Positions 41,901 to 53,327 of a stretch of 64,000 nucleotides of DNA are shown here, one piece after another. How positions within the stretch are numbered: position 1 is the first letter of the stretch; each line of letters opens with the position of its first letter. The stretch covers positions 31,690,050-31,754,049 of the forward strand of contig NC_068983.1 in the NCBI RefSeq assembly GCF_001194135.2. The letters are read 5' to 3'. A program made the translations under genes and the position numbers. The notes under the pieces were generated by a model that saw only the letters and a program-made list of their open reading frames with translations, did not search any database and was not told the origin of the DNA. This DNA is from Octopus bimaculoides (lineage: Eukaryota).

Positions 41901-42714
41901 AGCAATACCATGGGCACTGATAAGTGATAGATACAGCTTACCTCTTAGTAAGCTTATGGCTCTTACTGTCTCAATCTTGTTTATAAAGTTTGAATATATC
42001 CTTATAATAAAATCTAAGCAGTTAATTAAAGAGTAAATGTGTTTTACATAAATATCAGTTACACAATAACAAAGCTAAAAAAAACAAGGTAGATCAGAAA
42101 TGGCTATGTCTTTTAAACCAAGTAAATGGATATACAGGAGAAGGCTGAAGTCACTTCAATAAGTGATAAAAAGGTCTTCAATGGTGCCACATTGACCCTA
42201 ATATAAAGTAAAAATGTAAATATCTTCAAAATCAAAAGGATAATATAATTTTCAGTTTCAAAGTATCAAGTTGATGTAAGATAGGCCCCAGACAAAATAA
42301 GATTTCGATCTATCGCCAGTAGTGCAATCTGATAGCTTTCTCAACAGCTTAATGAAATTATATGTACAATCTAAATCCAGAATGAAATGCCCATTGTGAA
42401 TTTGAACCCAAGCCCTAAGAGCTGTTAATCCAATAATCTTCCATTGTGCCCTTGTTATGGGACATTACTAAAACTGTGTCGTGGTATTTGTAAATAGCAA
42501 ACAATCAACTGAGTCAAAACTAACATATCTCAAGCAATGATTTGATAAGAAAAATAGTGAAAATTTGTCATTAAAAATAATGAGAAGGAAAATGCTCTGT
42601 TAGAAATATTTTCAATCATCAACTTTAGAAAAGGTTAAAACACTTAGGGAATCTCAACATTTCAAATCAACAACCTAAAACAGATATTAAGTCACATTAA
42701 TAAAAATGTTATGC

Positions 42715-42717
<3 letters not shown>

Positions 42718-42762
<45 letters not shown>
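42718..42762. repeat. (CA)n microsatellite
   Basis: Direct reading. Confidence 0.95.
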
Positions 42763-42763
<1 letters not shown>

Positions 42764-45700
42764 CAATGATGCTTCAAGTGAAATAGTTGAGAAATGATAC
42801 ACAAATTATTTTCAGCTTAATACTATCTCGTAATATTTTCAGCTTAATACTCTCTTGTAAGTAAATAGACAGCAAGATTTGTAAGCAGGAAGAATACAGG
42901 TTTGACTGCAGCACAGTTTCATCTCAAAACTACCATAAAGCAAGAAGTGTCTAGATTACCCACTGCACCAAAATAACAGCTTTGGCACAAATGCAATTGT
43001 CCAAGCAAAGAAAGTTAATCCTTTCCAAATCATAAGACAATTTGAAAGTGGACATCTTCAGTTTTCATTGCATTTACCATATGAGAAAAACATATCCTCC
43101 ATGATGAAATGCTGCTACTGCTTATAGCTGTGATGTATGCACTTTCAATATCTACTCAGCCTTGACCATTAAGAGATACATGGAAATATCTCATAGCCAT
43201 TAATAACTGATTAGGTCACCAACTAAAGGCTTCATTCTGCTGAGTCCAGAGTAAAATCAGCTTAGCAGGCCAGTTGTATTTATCTTTGTTTATTTTTAAA
43301 GACAACAAATGATTAAAAGACACTTACTTTCCAGAATATAATGTCAGATTGTTGCAGTTATACTCATGTCAATATTTAATTTTTGCACTGCAAGATGAAA
43401 TACTTGTTGCACCTGTACCTTACATCTATATATTTAAGTGGACTATACAACAATATGTATAATCCATTCGAATATGATAATTCAATATGTTACCACTCAG
43501 AGTTTCTGCTTTTGTGTGTCCATAAGCTTCAACAAATACACAAAGAAAAGAAACTCAGAATTGCAACTGAGTTAATCATTAGCCTCAGACAAATATGTAC
43601 AAAGTACTTTTACTTTTTGTATATCCAAACATGTGCATGTGTGAACATTATTCTTATAGTCTTTAGACTGACAGATATATAAACAGGCAGACAGACAGAT
43701 AACAGAGAGACAGATGATAGACAGACATATATATACTTTATCATAGCCACAACACAGTAGCAATAATTGATTTGCTAATCCTAAAGCCAATATCAAGTGA
43801 ATTCTCTATAAACTTGTTGGTTGTGACTCTTACCTAAAATATTCTACTTCTTTCCCACAATAATATAAACAGAGCAAAATAATAAAATTCAATTATATTT
43901 TGGAACATTCTTCCAATACCAGAATAGTTTAGTTTCAAATAACAAAGTAAAAAAATACATTTTTCTTTTGAAGAATTTGGGGCTGGAGAGAAAAAGTACT
44001 ACAAGGTATTGTTTTATACTTTGAAAAATGGGGTAGGGATAAAGAAACCTCAAACCACTCCACCATACTATACATCCTATTAAGGAATGCGTAGCAATGG
44101 AATCTGATACCGAAACATTTCAGTTCGAAGCCAGAAGTGCTCACTACTAAGTCAACTTCCTGGTTTACTTTTAAATATTGATTTAAGACTTTGTATTTTT
44201 TTGGTTTCTTTCTTTTCATTTTTCCAAAGAGAAATATATTCACTGTCTTGCTCTGCTTCACCTTCATTCTTGTTTCTTTTTCCTTACTCCACTCCCACTC
44301 TCTCTTCCTTTGGATTTCTTGCTCTCAAAACTTCTCTCTATCATATATACTTATGAGAGTAAACACATTTCACTCACCTCTTTTTTCATGGTCCTTTACC
44401 TCCCTCTTACTATCTTATTCCTTCTACCATAACTTTGTTTCTTTCCACTCTCTTCTTACCATTTTGTATCCCTTATTCTTTATTATTTCTCCCTTGCCTA
44501 AAAACAATTCTTTTACAACAAATTTCCCCTGACTTAAGTTTTACAAACCAAACAGATAAGACACTCCAAAATACTGCTGTGCTTTCTGTTCCAGATTCCC
44601 AGTCACCCATGTGCCTAATTTAAGAGAACAATTAAGGCTGATAAGTAAATATGGGCATGGAGTTATCAAGGGATTTGTAGCAATAATAAGAATTTCTTAC
44701 ACAAGTGCAGTTGAATATAAGCATCCTATTACTTAACTGGCATTTATTTTATAAAAATAATTTCTAATTTAGGCTCAAGACCAGAAGTTTTGAAGTGAGA
44801 GATAGTCGATACCGATAACCTAAGAAGGAAGAAAGGCAAAGCAGCCTCTGTTGGATTTGGAACATAAAAACTCGAAACATAAAGAGACAAAATAAATACT
44901 GATGTTCTAACAATCCAGCAACCAACACAATGATGATAATACATATTGTTGCTATTATGCAAAAGTGTCACAAATCCAAAATGTTGCTTTTTCAGAAAAT
45001 GAAAAAATAGTTTCACTATTCCATAGTAAAACCGTTGTACTACATTTTGACAATTTTTGATATATTGGTATCTGAAGCAGCTGAAGATATGATAGTTTAA
45101 CCAAAAGAACCAGCTATTGCAAGCAAAAATAAATATTGGAAAATACACATTTGGCCAAATTTGGACATACGACAGTTTAACATAATAGTAACAATATGTA
45201 CAAAACCTTAAATTAGTGGGAGGTACAGCCAATTATATTAATCTGAGTATTTCACAGGTACTTAACTTATAGACCTCAGAAGAATGAAAGCACAAACTCA
45301 ACCCCACCAGGATTGTTAAAAACGATAACTAAAAATCCCTAAATTATAATCTTATTTATAGATAAAAACCATAAATTGGTGAGATTGTACAGTCAATTAA
45401 AACAACACTAATACTTAACTAGTACATATTTTATTTGCATAAGAAGCACAAAAGGTAAAACTGGGATTTGAACTCAAAATGCAAAGAGACATAACTAAAT
45501 GTAACAGACTGATAATTTGCTTATTTTACCAATCAGTCGATCTCCAAGTTGCCAGTTCACACGAGATTAAAGGTATGTCAAAACTTCTTTCTTTTCTCTA
45601 ATATTATTTGAAACCTGGACTCTATATCTAAGAAATCATAATAATAAATAGAAGACACACTGAAACCTGTATTTGTAGATGTAGTTAGATTTTGTAAGAT

Positions 45701-47386
45701 TCAGGTAGTTATATAATAGCCATTAAGCAATCCTTTCTTTTTCCTTCCCTTCTATTATTAATATATAATATCCACCAATTTACATTGTCATGCTATATGA
45801 CTAATGACCTTTTTTTTTTTCTTTTTGAATGAGAATGAAGATAACCAATACTATATTTATCACTGACAACAGAAAGAAACTCTTTCTAGCATCACCAGAG
45901 GTTATATATTTCATAGCAACATTTCTGTTAATCAGCTCCTATGAAGTAAACTAAAATTGAGACATTTTGCTTTAGATCTTGTCATGATCAATTTAGCTGT
46001 CCTTGTGCCAGTCTACTGAGACCATTAATTGATACAAAGTTAAAAATTATTTTTATAAAGAGCAGTTAAGTTTTTCTTTTGTTTTTCAATAGGAAGAAGA
46101 CAAAAGGAAAAGCAAGTGTAGAATTGAACCAAGTATATTGCTGGTATTTATATTGATAGTGAAATAAAAGGATCAAGTCAATTGTGGCATCATTTAAATG
46201 CGAAATTTTAGGGTACCACACTTAAGCCGACAATATATTTTATTTGGAGCTCTACTACCTGTGCCAAATCCCACAAACCTAGATATACAAATAATATCTG
46301 AAATTTACCATTTTTTCAAACGTTTTAGTGCAATGTAGCATGAAATTAATGAATCCAAAGCTTTCTTTGAAATAGCTATATAAAAATTAGGATAATAAAC
46401 TTTCCTATATATATATATATTTCATTTTCAATCTATCACAATAAATGATACTGATGTAGAAGCATAAAGCTAGGCTTTATGGACAAGAAGTATAATGTTT
46501 ACTGAATTGACTATTGTACTATTTATAAGTTGTCTAAACCAAGATCAATACAAAACAATATGAATGAATAAGGATTACATTTAATAGAGTAATCGGAATG
46601 CTAAAGGGTTAGCGCAAGATAGCTAAGATACTTGAAGAACCAAGAAACCTGGGTGAATTAATATCAGAAATGATTATTTTTGTTATTATTGTTTAGCCCA
46701 TGTGAACCCTGATCAAGTACCCTATAGCAAACATAGATTCCCTTGTTGGCTAATGTACGGTAGGGCTGTAAGAATGATGACAATTGCTGAAAAAGTATAA
46801 CAGTGGAAGGATACGTCTTGAAGCCATCCTTAAACTTTTCAAAACTGAATGAATTCAGGTGATATAGTAAAAATAGCAAGGAAATGTTTATATAAATGTA
46901 AATGAAATGCTAAGACAGACATGTGACTACAGAAATGGACAAAAGAAAATAAATTAAGAGACAACATCAATGTGACAGTTAAGAAAGCTATAAAATAATG
47001 TAGTCATGTCAGACTTATTGGTTTCTCACTTAAGCACAAGGTTAATCTTTGCAGGAAGATGAATATATTAGTGTTTGCCTTAGTAATGCAGCAGAGAAGA
47101 AGGAAAAGTTTTAGTCAGATTTTTTACTTAGAAACTAAACAAATGAAATTAGACACCATAACACATTCAATCTAACATTCTACTGTCTTAGCTGCTTCCA
47201 CTTTTATAGCTGGGACTAAATAATTAATCTCTTACAAGTAGTTCTTTATTTACTTCCAGCAACATAAGAAAGATTTTGCATGCCAGACCTGATGACAGTA
47301 TCTTGCATGCTTAAGATACATTTTCTCCACTTTGACAGGATGATTTTTGATATTTCTTTTAAATAATAATAATAATAATAATAATA

Positions 47387-47790
47387 ATCCTTTTGACAAT
47401 AGGCACAAGGCCTGAAATTTTGGATTCACTGACCTCAAAAAGATGTAAGGCAAAATTGACCTTGCCAGCATTTGAACTCAGAACATGAGGCTGGAAAAAA
47501 CGCTAAGCATTTTGTTCAACATGTTAACTATTCTGTCAGTTTGCTGCCTTAACAAGAACAACAATAACAACAATATGCCTCTCTACTATAAACACAAGGC
47601 CTGAATTTTGTGGAGAGGAATCTAGTTGATTACATCAACCCCAATGTTCAATTGATACTTATTTTATCAACCCTGAGAGCTGACAGGCAAAGTCAACCTC
47701 AGCAGAATGTGAACTTACAATGTAAAGACAAACAAAATACCACTAAGCGTTTTGGCTGGTGTGCTAATGATTCTACTATCTCACCACCTT
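47387..47790 (-). mobile_element. Two tandem copies of the same SINE
   Basis: Same head and core, (AAT/AAC)n spacers. Confidence 0.8.
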
Positions 47791-48374
47791 AATAATAACA
47801 ACAATAACAATATTTCACAATGCAGACATTTTTGTCATCTGCAACTAGTAAATGCTTTTACTAGAAATTTGGAGTTAAGAGCTGACAGAAAGTAATAAAA
47901 ACATGGCATACTAATAATAAAATAAAAACCAAAGATTATTGAACACTGATGATGATGAACAAATAAATTTATTCCAAATATTAATAAAACCTGTGACAAA
48001 CATCTATAAATAAGGCTATGTTTGTTTTTGTGTATGTATGCACATATGTGTGAGTATTATATACACACACACATAAACACATGCATATAAATAAATATTC
48101 CAAGTATAGATTATGTACTTGTTCATGTTATATTCATAAAATGAATAGAAAATAGTCCATGCAATAACCAGTATGATATACAATACACAAAAAGAAAAGA
48201 AATGAACTCCGTGTTATCTTAGTCATACAGATTGTAACCTGATGTAATAAAATACGGTTCAGTCTGGATGGTTGTTTTTCTAGATAAAAAGGTACAAAAA
48301 GTTGAAGTAACAGAGTAAAATCATTATGTAACTAGAATGAATGTGTGTCAAAGTTGTTCAACACAAGATGACTA

Positions 48375-48981
48375 ACAATAATGCCTTCAAGATCATGCTA
48401 TATGACCGAGACCTTTGGAAATGTGCTGTGCGTGAGAAGACCCGGCAAGCCAAGTAAGATCGTTGCCAGTGCCCCTGGACTGGCTCTTGTGCCGGTGGCA
48501 CATGAGATGCACCATTTTGAGCGTGGCCGTTGCCAGTACCGCCTGACTGGCTCCCGTAGGATTTTTGAGTGAGATCGTTGCCAGTGCCCCTGGACTGGCT
48601 TGTGCGGGTGGCACATAAAAGACACCATTTCGAGCGTGGCCGTTTTCGTGCGGGTGACACGTAAAAGCACCCACTACACTCTCTGAGTGGTTGGCGTTAG
48701 GAAGGGCATCCAGCTGTNNNNNNNNNNNNNNNNNNNNNNNNNNNNNNNNNNNNNNNNNNNNNNNNNNNNNNNNNNNNNNNNNNNNNNNNNNNNNNNNNNN
48801 NNNNNNNNNNNNNNNNNNNNNNNNNNNNNNNNNNNNNNNNNNNNNNNNNNNNNNNGAAACTCTGCCAAATTAGATTGGAGCCTGGTGTTGCCATCCGGTT
48901 TCACCAGTCCTCAGTCAAATCGTCCAACCCATGCTAGCATGGAAAGCGGACGTTAAACGATGATGATGATGATGATGATGA
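48375..48981 (+). mobile_element. Young RTE 3' end (ORF terminus AVREKTRQAK*, modular UTR, (GAT)n tail)
   Basis: Stop at 48455-48457; high similarity to the 17290 and 22605 copies; interrupted by an N-gap. Confidence 0.88.
48718..48855. other. Assembly gap (138 N) inside an inverted repeat arm
   Basis: N run. Confidence 0.99.
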
Positions 48982-48992
48982 TATATATATAT

Positions 48993-49325
48993 ATCATCAT
49001 CATTTAACGTCCGCTTTCGATGCTAGCATGGGTTCGACGATTTAACTGAGGACTGGTGAACCAGATGGTTACACCAGGCTCCAATCTGATTTGCCAGAGT
49101 TTCTACAGCTAGATGCCCTTCCTAACGCCAACCACTCAGAGAGTGTAGTGGGTGCTTTTACATGCCACCGGCACAAGGGCCAGTCAGGCGGTACTGGCAA
49201 CGGCCACACTCGAAATGGTGTATTTTACGTGCCACCTGCACAAGAGCCAGTCCAGCGGTACTGGCAACGAACTCGCTCGAATGTCTTTTCACGTGCCACT
49301 GGCACAAGTGCCAGGAAGGCGACAT
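48993..49325 (-). mobile_element. Young RTE 3' tail copy, inverted relative to 48375-48981
   Basis: Reverse complement of the same tail, starting catcatcatttaacgtccgctttc. Confidence 0.88.
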
Positions 49326-51019
49326 GATAAAAGTGGTTAGTTTCAATGATGAACTTTCAGAGGTTCAATCAACTGAACTACCAACTTGTTAAATTAATGT
49401 CTAAGTGGCTGAGTAAACAATAGGCATGTGTGCTCTTAGTATAATTCTCAAGTCAAAGAAAGAAAAAAAACAGTATATGCCTAACTACTTTTTATATATA
49501 TTATTATTAGTACTGATGGAAATTAACTTTAGACATATCTTTAATGCTTATTGCACTGCTAAATAAAGCAGCCAGGTTCCTTCAAATCACACTTTACTAC
49601 CTTAAAAAATGAATAAGGACATTGAATAATAGTCATAGATATAAAAAAAAAAACATAGGATGATAACAGCTGAAACACATTGATCATAGATCTGCTCTTT
49701 TAGTGCTAAACAGCAACAAAGTGATCAATATAGGATAAAACTCACATTTATTTCATGCAGGATCCCAATGCTTTTATCTATTATGCTATAAACAAGTAGA
49801 ACAAGAAAATTTACTCATCAATAATTAAATAACAGAAAACACTTAAAATATAGTTTGAAGTCACAAACATCAAAAAATAATAAGCCCACTCAACTGATTA
49901 ACATGAAGTAATGCAGCACAGTCCAGAGACATGCTGTCTCCTCTCTCTCTACCTTTCCTACTGCTATCATAGTAGCCTCTGGTCCTCAGAGCTGGTTAGT
50001 CCAATGCCATTTCAACTCAGTCACTCTTGACTCATTTGTCTCTCCTCCCATCACCCATGTTGTGTACACCAGCCAAGGTCCTGCACTAACCACTACACTC
50101 AGTCCTTCTTTAACAGATGTTACTCTTTAGAATTCCGTCCCTGAAAATTTTTCTTCCTGTAGCCATCTATGGGTCGTTGTTTTACATTAGTCAATGCGTT
50201 CCAGTTGTGATAACTCACAGACACAGTATATCTGCAACTATATCGTCCAGTGTATTCTTCCTTCTTTGAGATATTAGGGTATTAATTGAAGGAAATTTGG
50301 CCATTGTGATTGAAAATTACTTATATGCCAGAGACCATTCAAGCAAACAATTTGTGACTCTGTCTTAATGTAAGAAATAATTAGCAAAACAGTGTTCTGG
50401 ACTTATAGCTTGTGCTTGGGGTATTACATTCAGGGTTCAAATGATAACTAATTCCTACAAAGTGCTTGCATTGTGCCAAAGTCAATTACTTAAGTCAATT
50501 TAATCAGTTGTGCCTTCCTCACAAAATTTGAAATTTTGTGCCTATGTTTGAAAAAAATTATCAATGTTCAAATCTTTGCAAAATAAATGTTATCCCTACT
50601 TACTCTGGAAAGAGATCAAAATAAAAAAAAAAAAGAATTCCACCCATTCAAGTATTCAAAACAATGTTAAAAGAATTAAAAAAAAATTTGTCTTTTCTAT
50701 TGTACATGCGCCTAAGGTCAACCTTTATGAAGTTGACCTATGATAAAATACACTCTAATAATGACCCTCCCAACTTTCTGGAGGATACCATAGTCTATGT
50801 TATTCAATGTTTTTTCCTTACGTAAAATAATACAGTGTAATTTGAAAGAGATTTGACTATTTCGAACAGTTGAAGCGACTACATAGAAACCTCTCCTTGG
50901 TTTTTCTTAAGAGTTGTTTATTTCACTAAAATACTGCAAGAACTGCAACTATCTGGATTAACACAGCCTTAATAGTATACCTTCTTAGGTATGCACACAC
51001 ACACAAAACATTATATATA

Positions 51020-51235
51020 CAAGGGGGCATTGAAAAGTTCCTGCCTTTGACGGTATTGCAAGAGGCCTGGTTGGAGGCCCAACCTTCCAAGTTCTTTTAT
51101 AGGGCTTAGAAAAACTGAAGGACCACTGCAATAAGTGCGTGAATCTGAGAATGGAATATGTTCAATAAAATCATAATCAACAATCCTCCTGTATTTTCTT
51201 TTATCCAAAGCCAGGAACTTTTCAGTACCCTCTTG
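51020..51235 (+). mobile_element. Mariner-derived non-autonomous element (MITE-like), 216 bp
   Basis: About 25-bp TIRs caag(g/a)ggg..tgaaaagttcctg; TA on the left, TG on the right; retains transposase C-terminus GLEKLKDHCNKCVNLRMEYVQ*. Confidence 0.82.
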
Positions 51236-51582
51236 TGTGTGTGTAAATAAAGTATAAAGAAAGGAAAAAAATATAAGCATAGATATAACTTTAATACAAA
51301 GTTGATACAAATGCAATAAAGATTCTACAAGTTGTTTCCAAGCCTAATTAATTCAAAACAAAACAAAAAAAATCCTTTTGAAATCACAAATCAGGCTTTC
51401 CTTCAGGAATTCATTATTGGAATGAATGGGTTCAACCAACAAAAATATAAAGACCTTTACAATAACCCTGAAAGGAGCAAACAAATTATGAGAGAAAGAA
51501 ATTAACCAAATGCCAGACCAATCAGAACCGGTGGACTTGGATGTTTAACATCCCTTTGAAGGATTTAGATCCTTACTTCTTT

Positions 51583-51584
<2 letters not shown>

Positions 51585-51672
<88 letters not shown>
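51585..51672. repeat. (TG)21-TA-(CA)22 palindromic compound microsatellite
   Basis: Direct reading. Confidence 0.95.
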
Positions 51673-51674
<2 letters not shown>

Positions 51675-51775
51675 CATAAATATACAGTGCAGACAGTATT
51701 CATTCACAATTTTCAACTGCTAATTTTACACATATTTCTTCTACAATAACCATTTTTGCTTTATTTTTTTGGCAG

Positions 51776-51905
51776 AATAATTGACTATGGAAAATTTGGA
51801 ACCCCACAATTTGTGGAAGAGACATGGCATCCTCCTTGGAATCTGCACCAGAAAGACAAACAAGGAGATTTCAGACTTCTTCAAAATCAGCAAAAGGAAG
51901 GTAGG
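51776..51905 (+). mobile_element. Probable Tc1/mariner transposase N-terminal (HTH) relic
   Basis: MENLEPHNLWKRHGILLGICTRKTNKEISDFFKISKRK; a similar WKR...N..I.. relic occurs at about 34130-34205. Confidence 0.4.
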
Positions 51906-53296
51906 AAAGGTCATCAAAATATTTCATCAATTCAAAATTTAACTTCCAGTTCCTTTCAATATTAAGCTAGCTGAAAAGCCACATGAATTCTTATAGACAG
52001 CACCACTACACAGTTTCAAATGTTCATTCATTCGAGTACAAAGAAATTATGTTAAACAGAAATTTTATTTCTATGAGACATGTAAAACTTTTATAGAAGT
52101 TCATAAATTTATATATGCATATCTTGGAAAGGTAGTCATTCATCTCTTCATTTTTCAGTTGTTATTTAGCCTCAAGTCAACTTTCATCAGACAGACCTAT
52201 GGTCAAAGATATATCAGGTATGACCTTCCCATCATTTTTTCAGACATATCATCTAATGTGTCCTAAAAAAAAAAAAAAAAGACTGTAGGGGAAATTTGGT
52301 AGCTATTTTGAGAAATCTGAATAACCATGCAGAGACTCCCAGTCAGACAGTCATCTTCTAGTAATTTTTGTTGGTATAAAACCAAACTTCACTCACTAGT
52401 TTAAAACTTTACAAAAATGTTTTCAACCTAAACAAGAAATAAAGCATTAAGACTTTCTTTCCCCACTTACCAATGATTATTCCTAACTTGAAGCACAAAG
52501 CTATGAATTTTGAGAGTAGAGTATTGTCAATTACATTGATCCTGGTACTTGACTAGTACCTAGTAAAATTGGCTCTGATGACACAAAAACTGTGACTATA
52601 ATCTGTCACCCAGTTTATTACTAATGTCTGGTTCTTGGGTGCCTTGAGCAGAGTTCACTCTGTTGCAGGCATTGATATCAGAGAATAACTTCCTCACATT
52701 AGTCTCTGATACCACAAAAGGTTCACAGGAGCTGCTGGCCTTCCTCATCTTTGGAAAATCAGCAGACACAAGAATTCAGCAACCAGCTGAAAATGCGTTT
52801 GAGTGTACAATGTAAGAACAAATAATTCAAAAGTGAAAGAAATTTGTCTGTTGGGCAAAAATCTCCACTTTAATTCTTAAAATTTAGTCTGGAGAGAATG
52901 GTGCTGTGTAAGTGATGCGGCTAATGCTCAGCCTAATCATCTAGAGCAAAAATATCCTCAATTTTGTTTCGTGAAGCCTCAAAAATTTATAGACTTCATT
53001 GCTAGTAACAAAGTGAAGCAAAACAAAAGTGATCTATACGTTATTATAAAGAAGAAAATATCATAGCAGTGATGTAAACTAAATATGCTGACGTTAATAA
53101 ACAACAATTGATGTCCCTGCTTCTTTTTCTCTTCTAAGCAAATCACTGACAGCAACAGCAAATAAAGAGAACGAGACAGATTTATTAGTCAGCTGCCAAA
53201 ACACGGAAAAGGTCTTAAGTCATTCCTGCCGATTGACTAACTCAAGAGATTCCATCTCACACCCAACTGTAAGTGTTAAACACGTGTGTATATATA

Positions 53297-53327
<31 letters not shown>

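Noticed and set aside
41617-42851. Short duplications (19 bp at 41617/41639; 18 bp at 42807/42834)
   Set aside because: Ordinary slippage duplications with no further structure
44378-44389. ATGAAAAAAGAG|GTGAGT (MKKE) as the first kinase exon
   Set aside because: Phase 0 does not fit the phase-1 acceptor, the required beta-strand residues are absent, and it lies in purine-rich low-complexity sequence
43383-45232. ORFs of 99-162 aa in this region
   Set aside because: F/L/S/I/K-biased products of AT-rich, low-complexity DNA with no motifs or splice support
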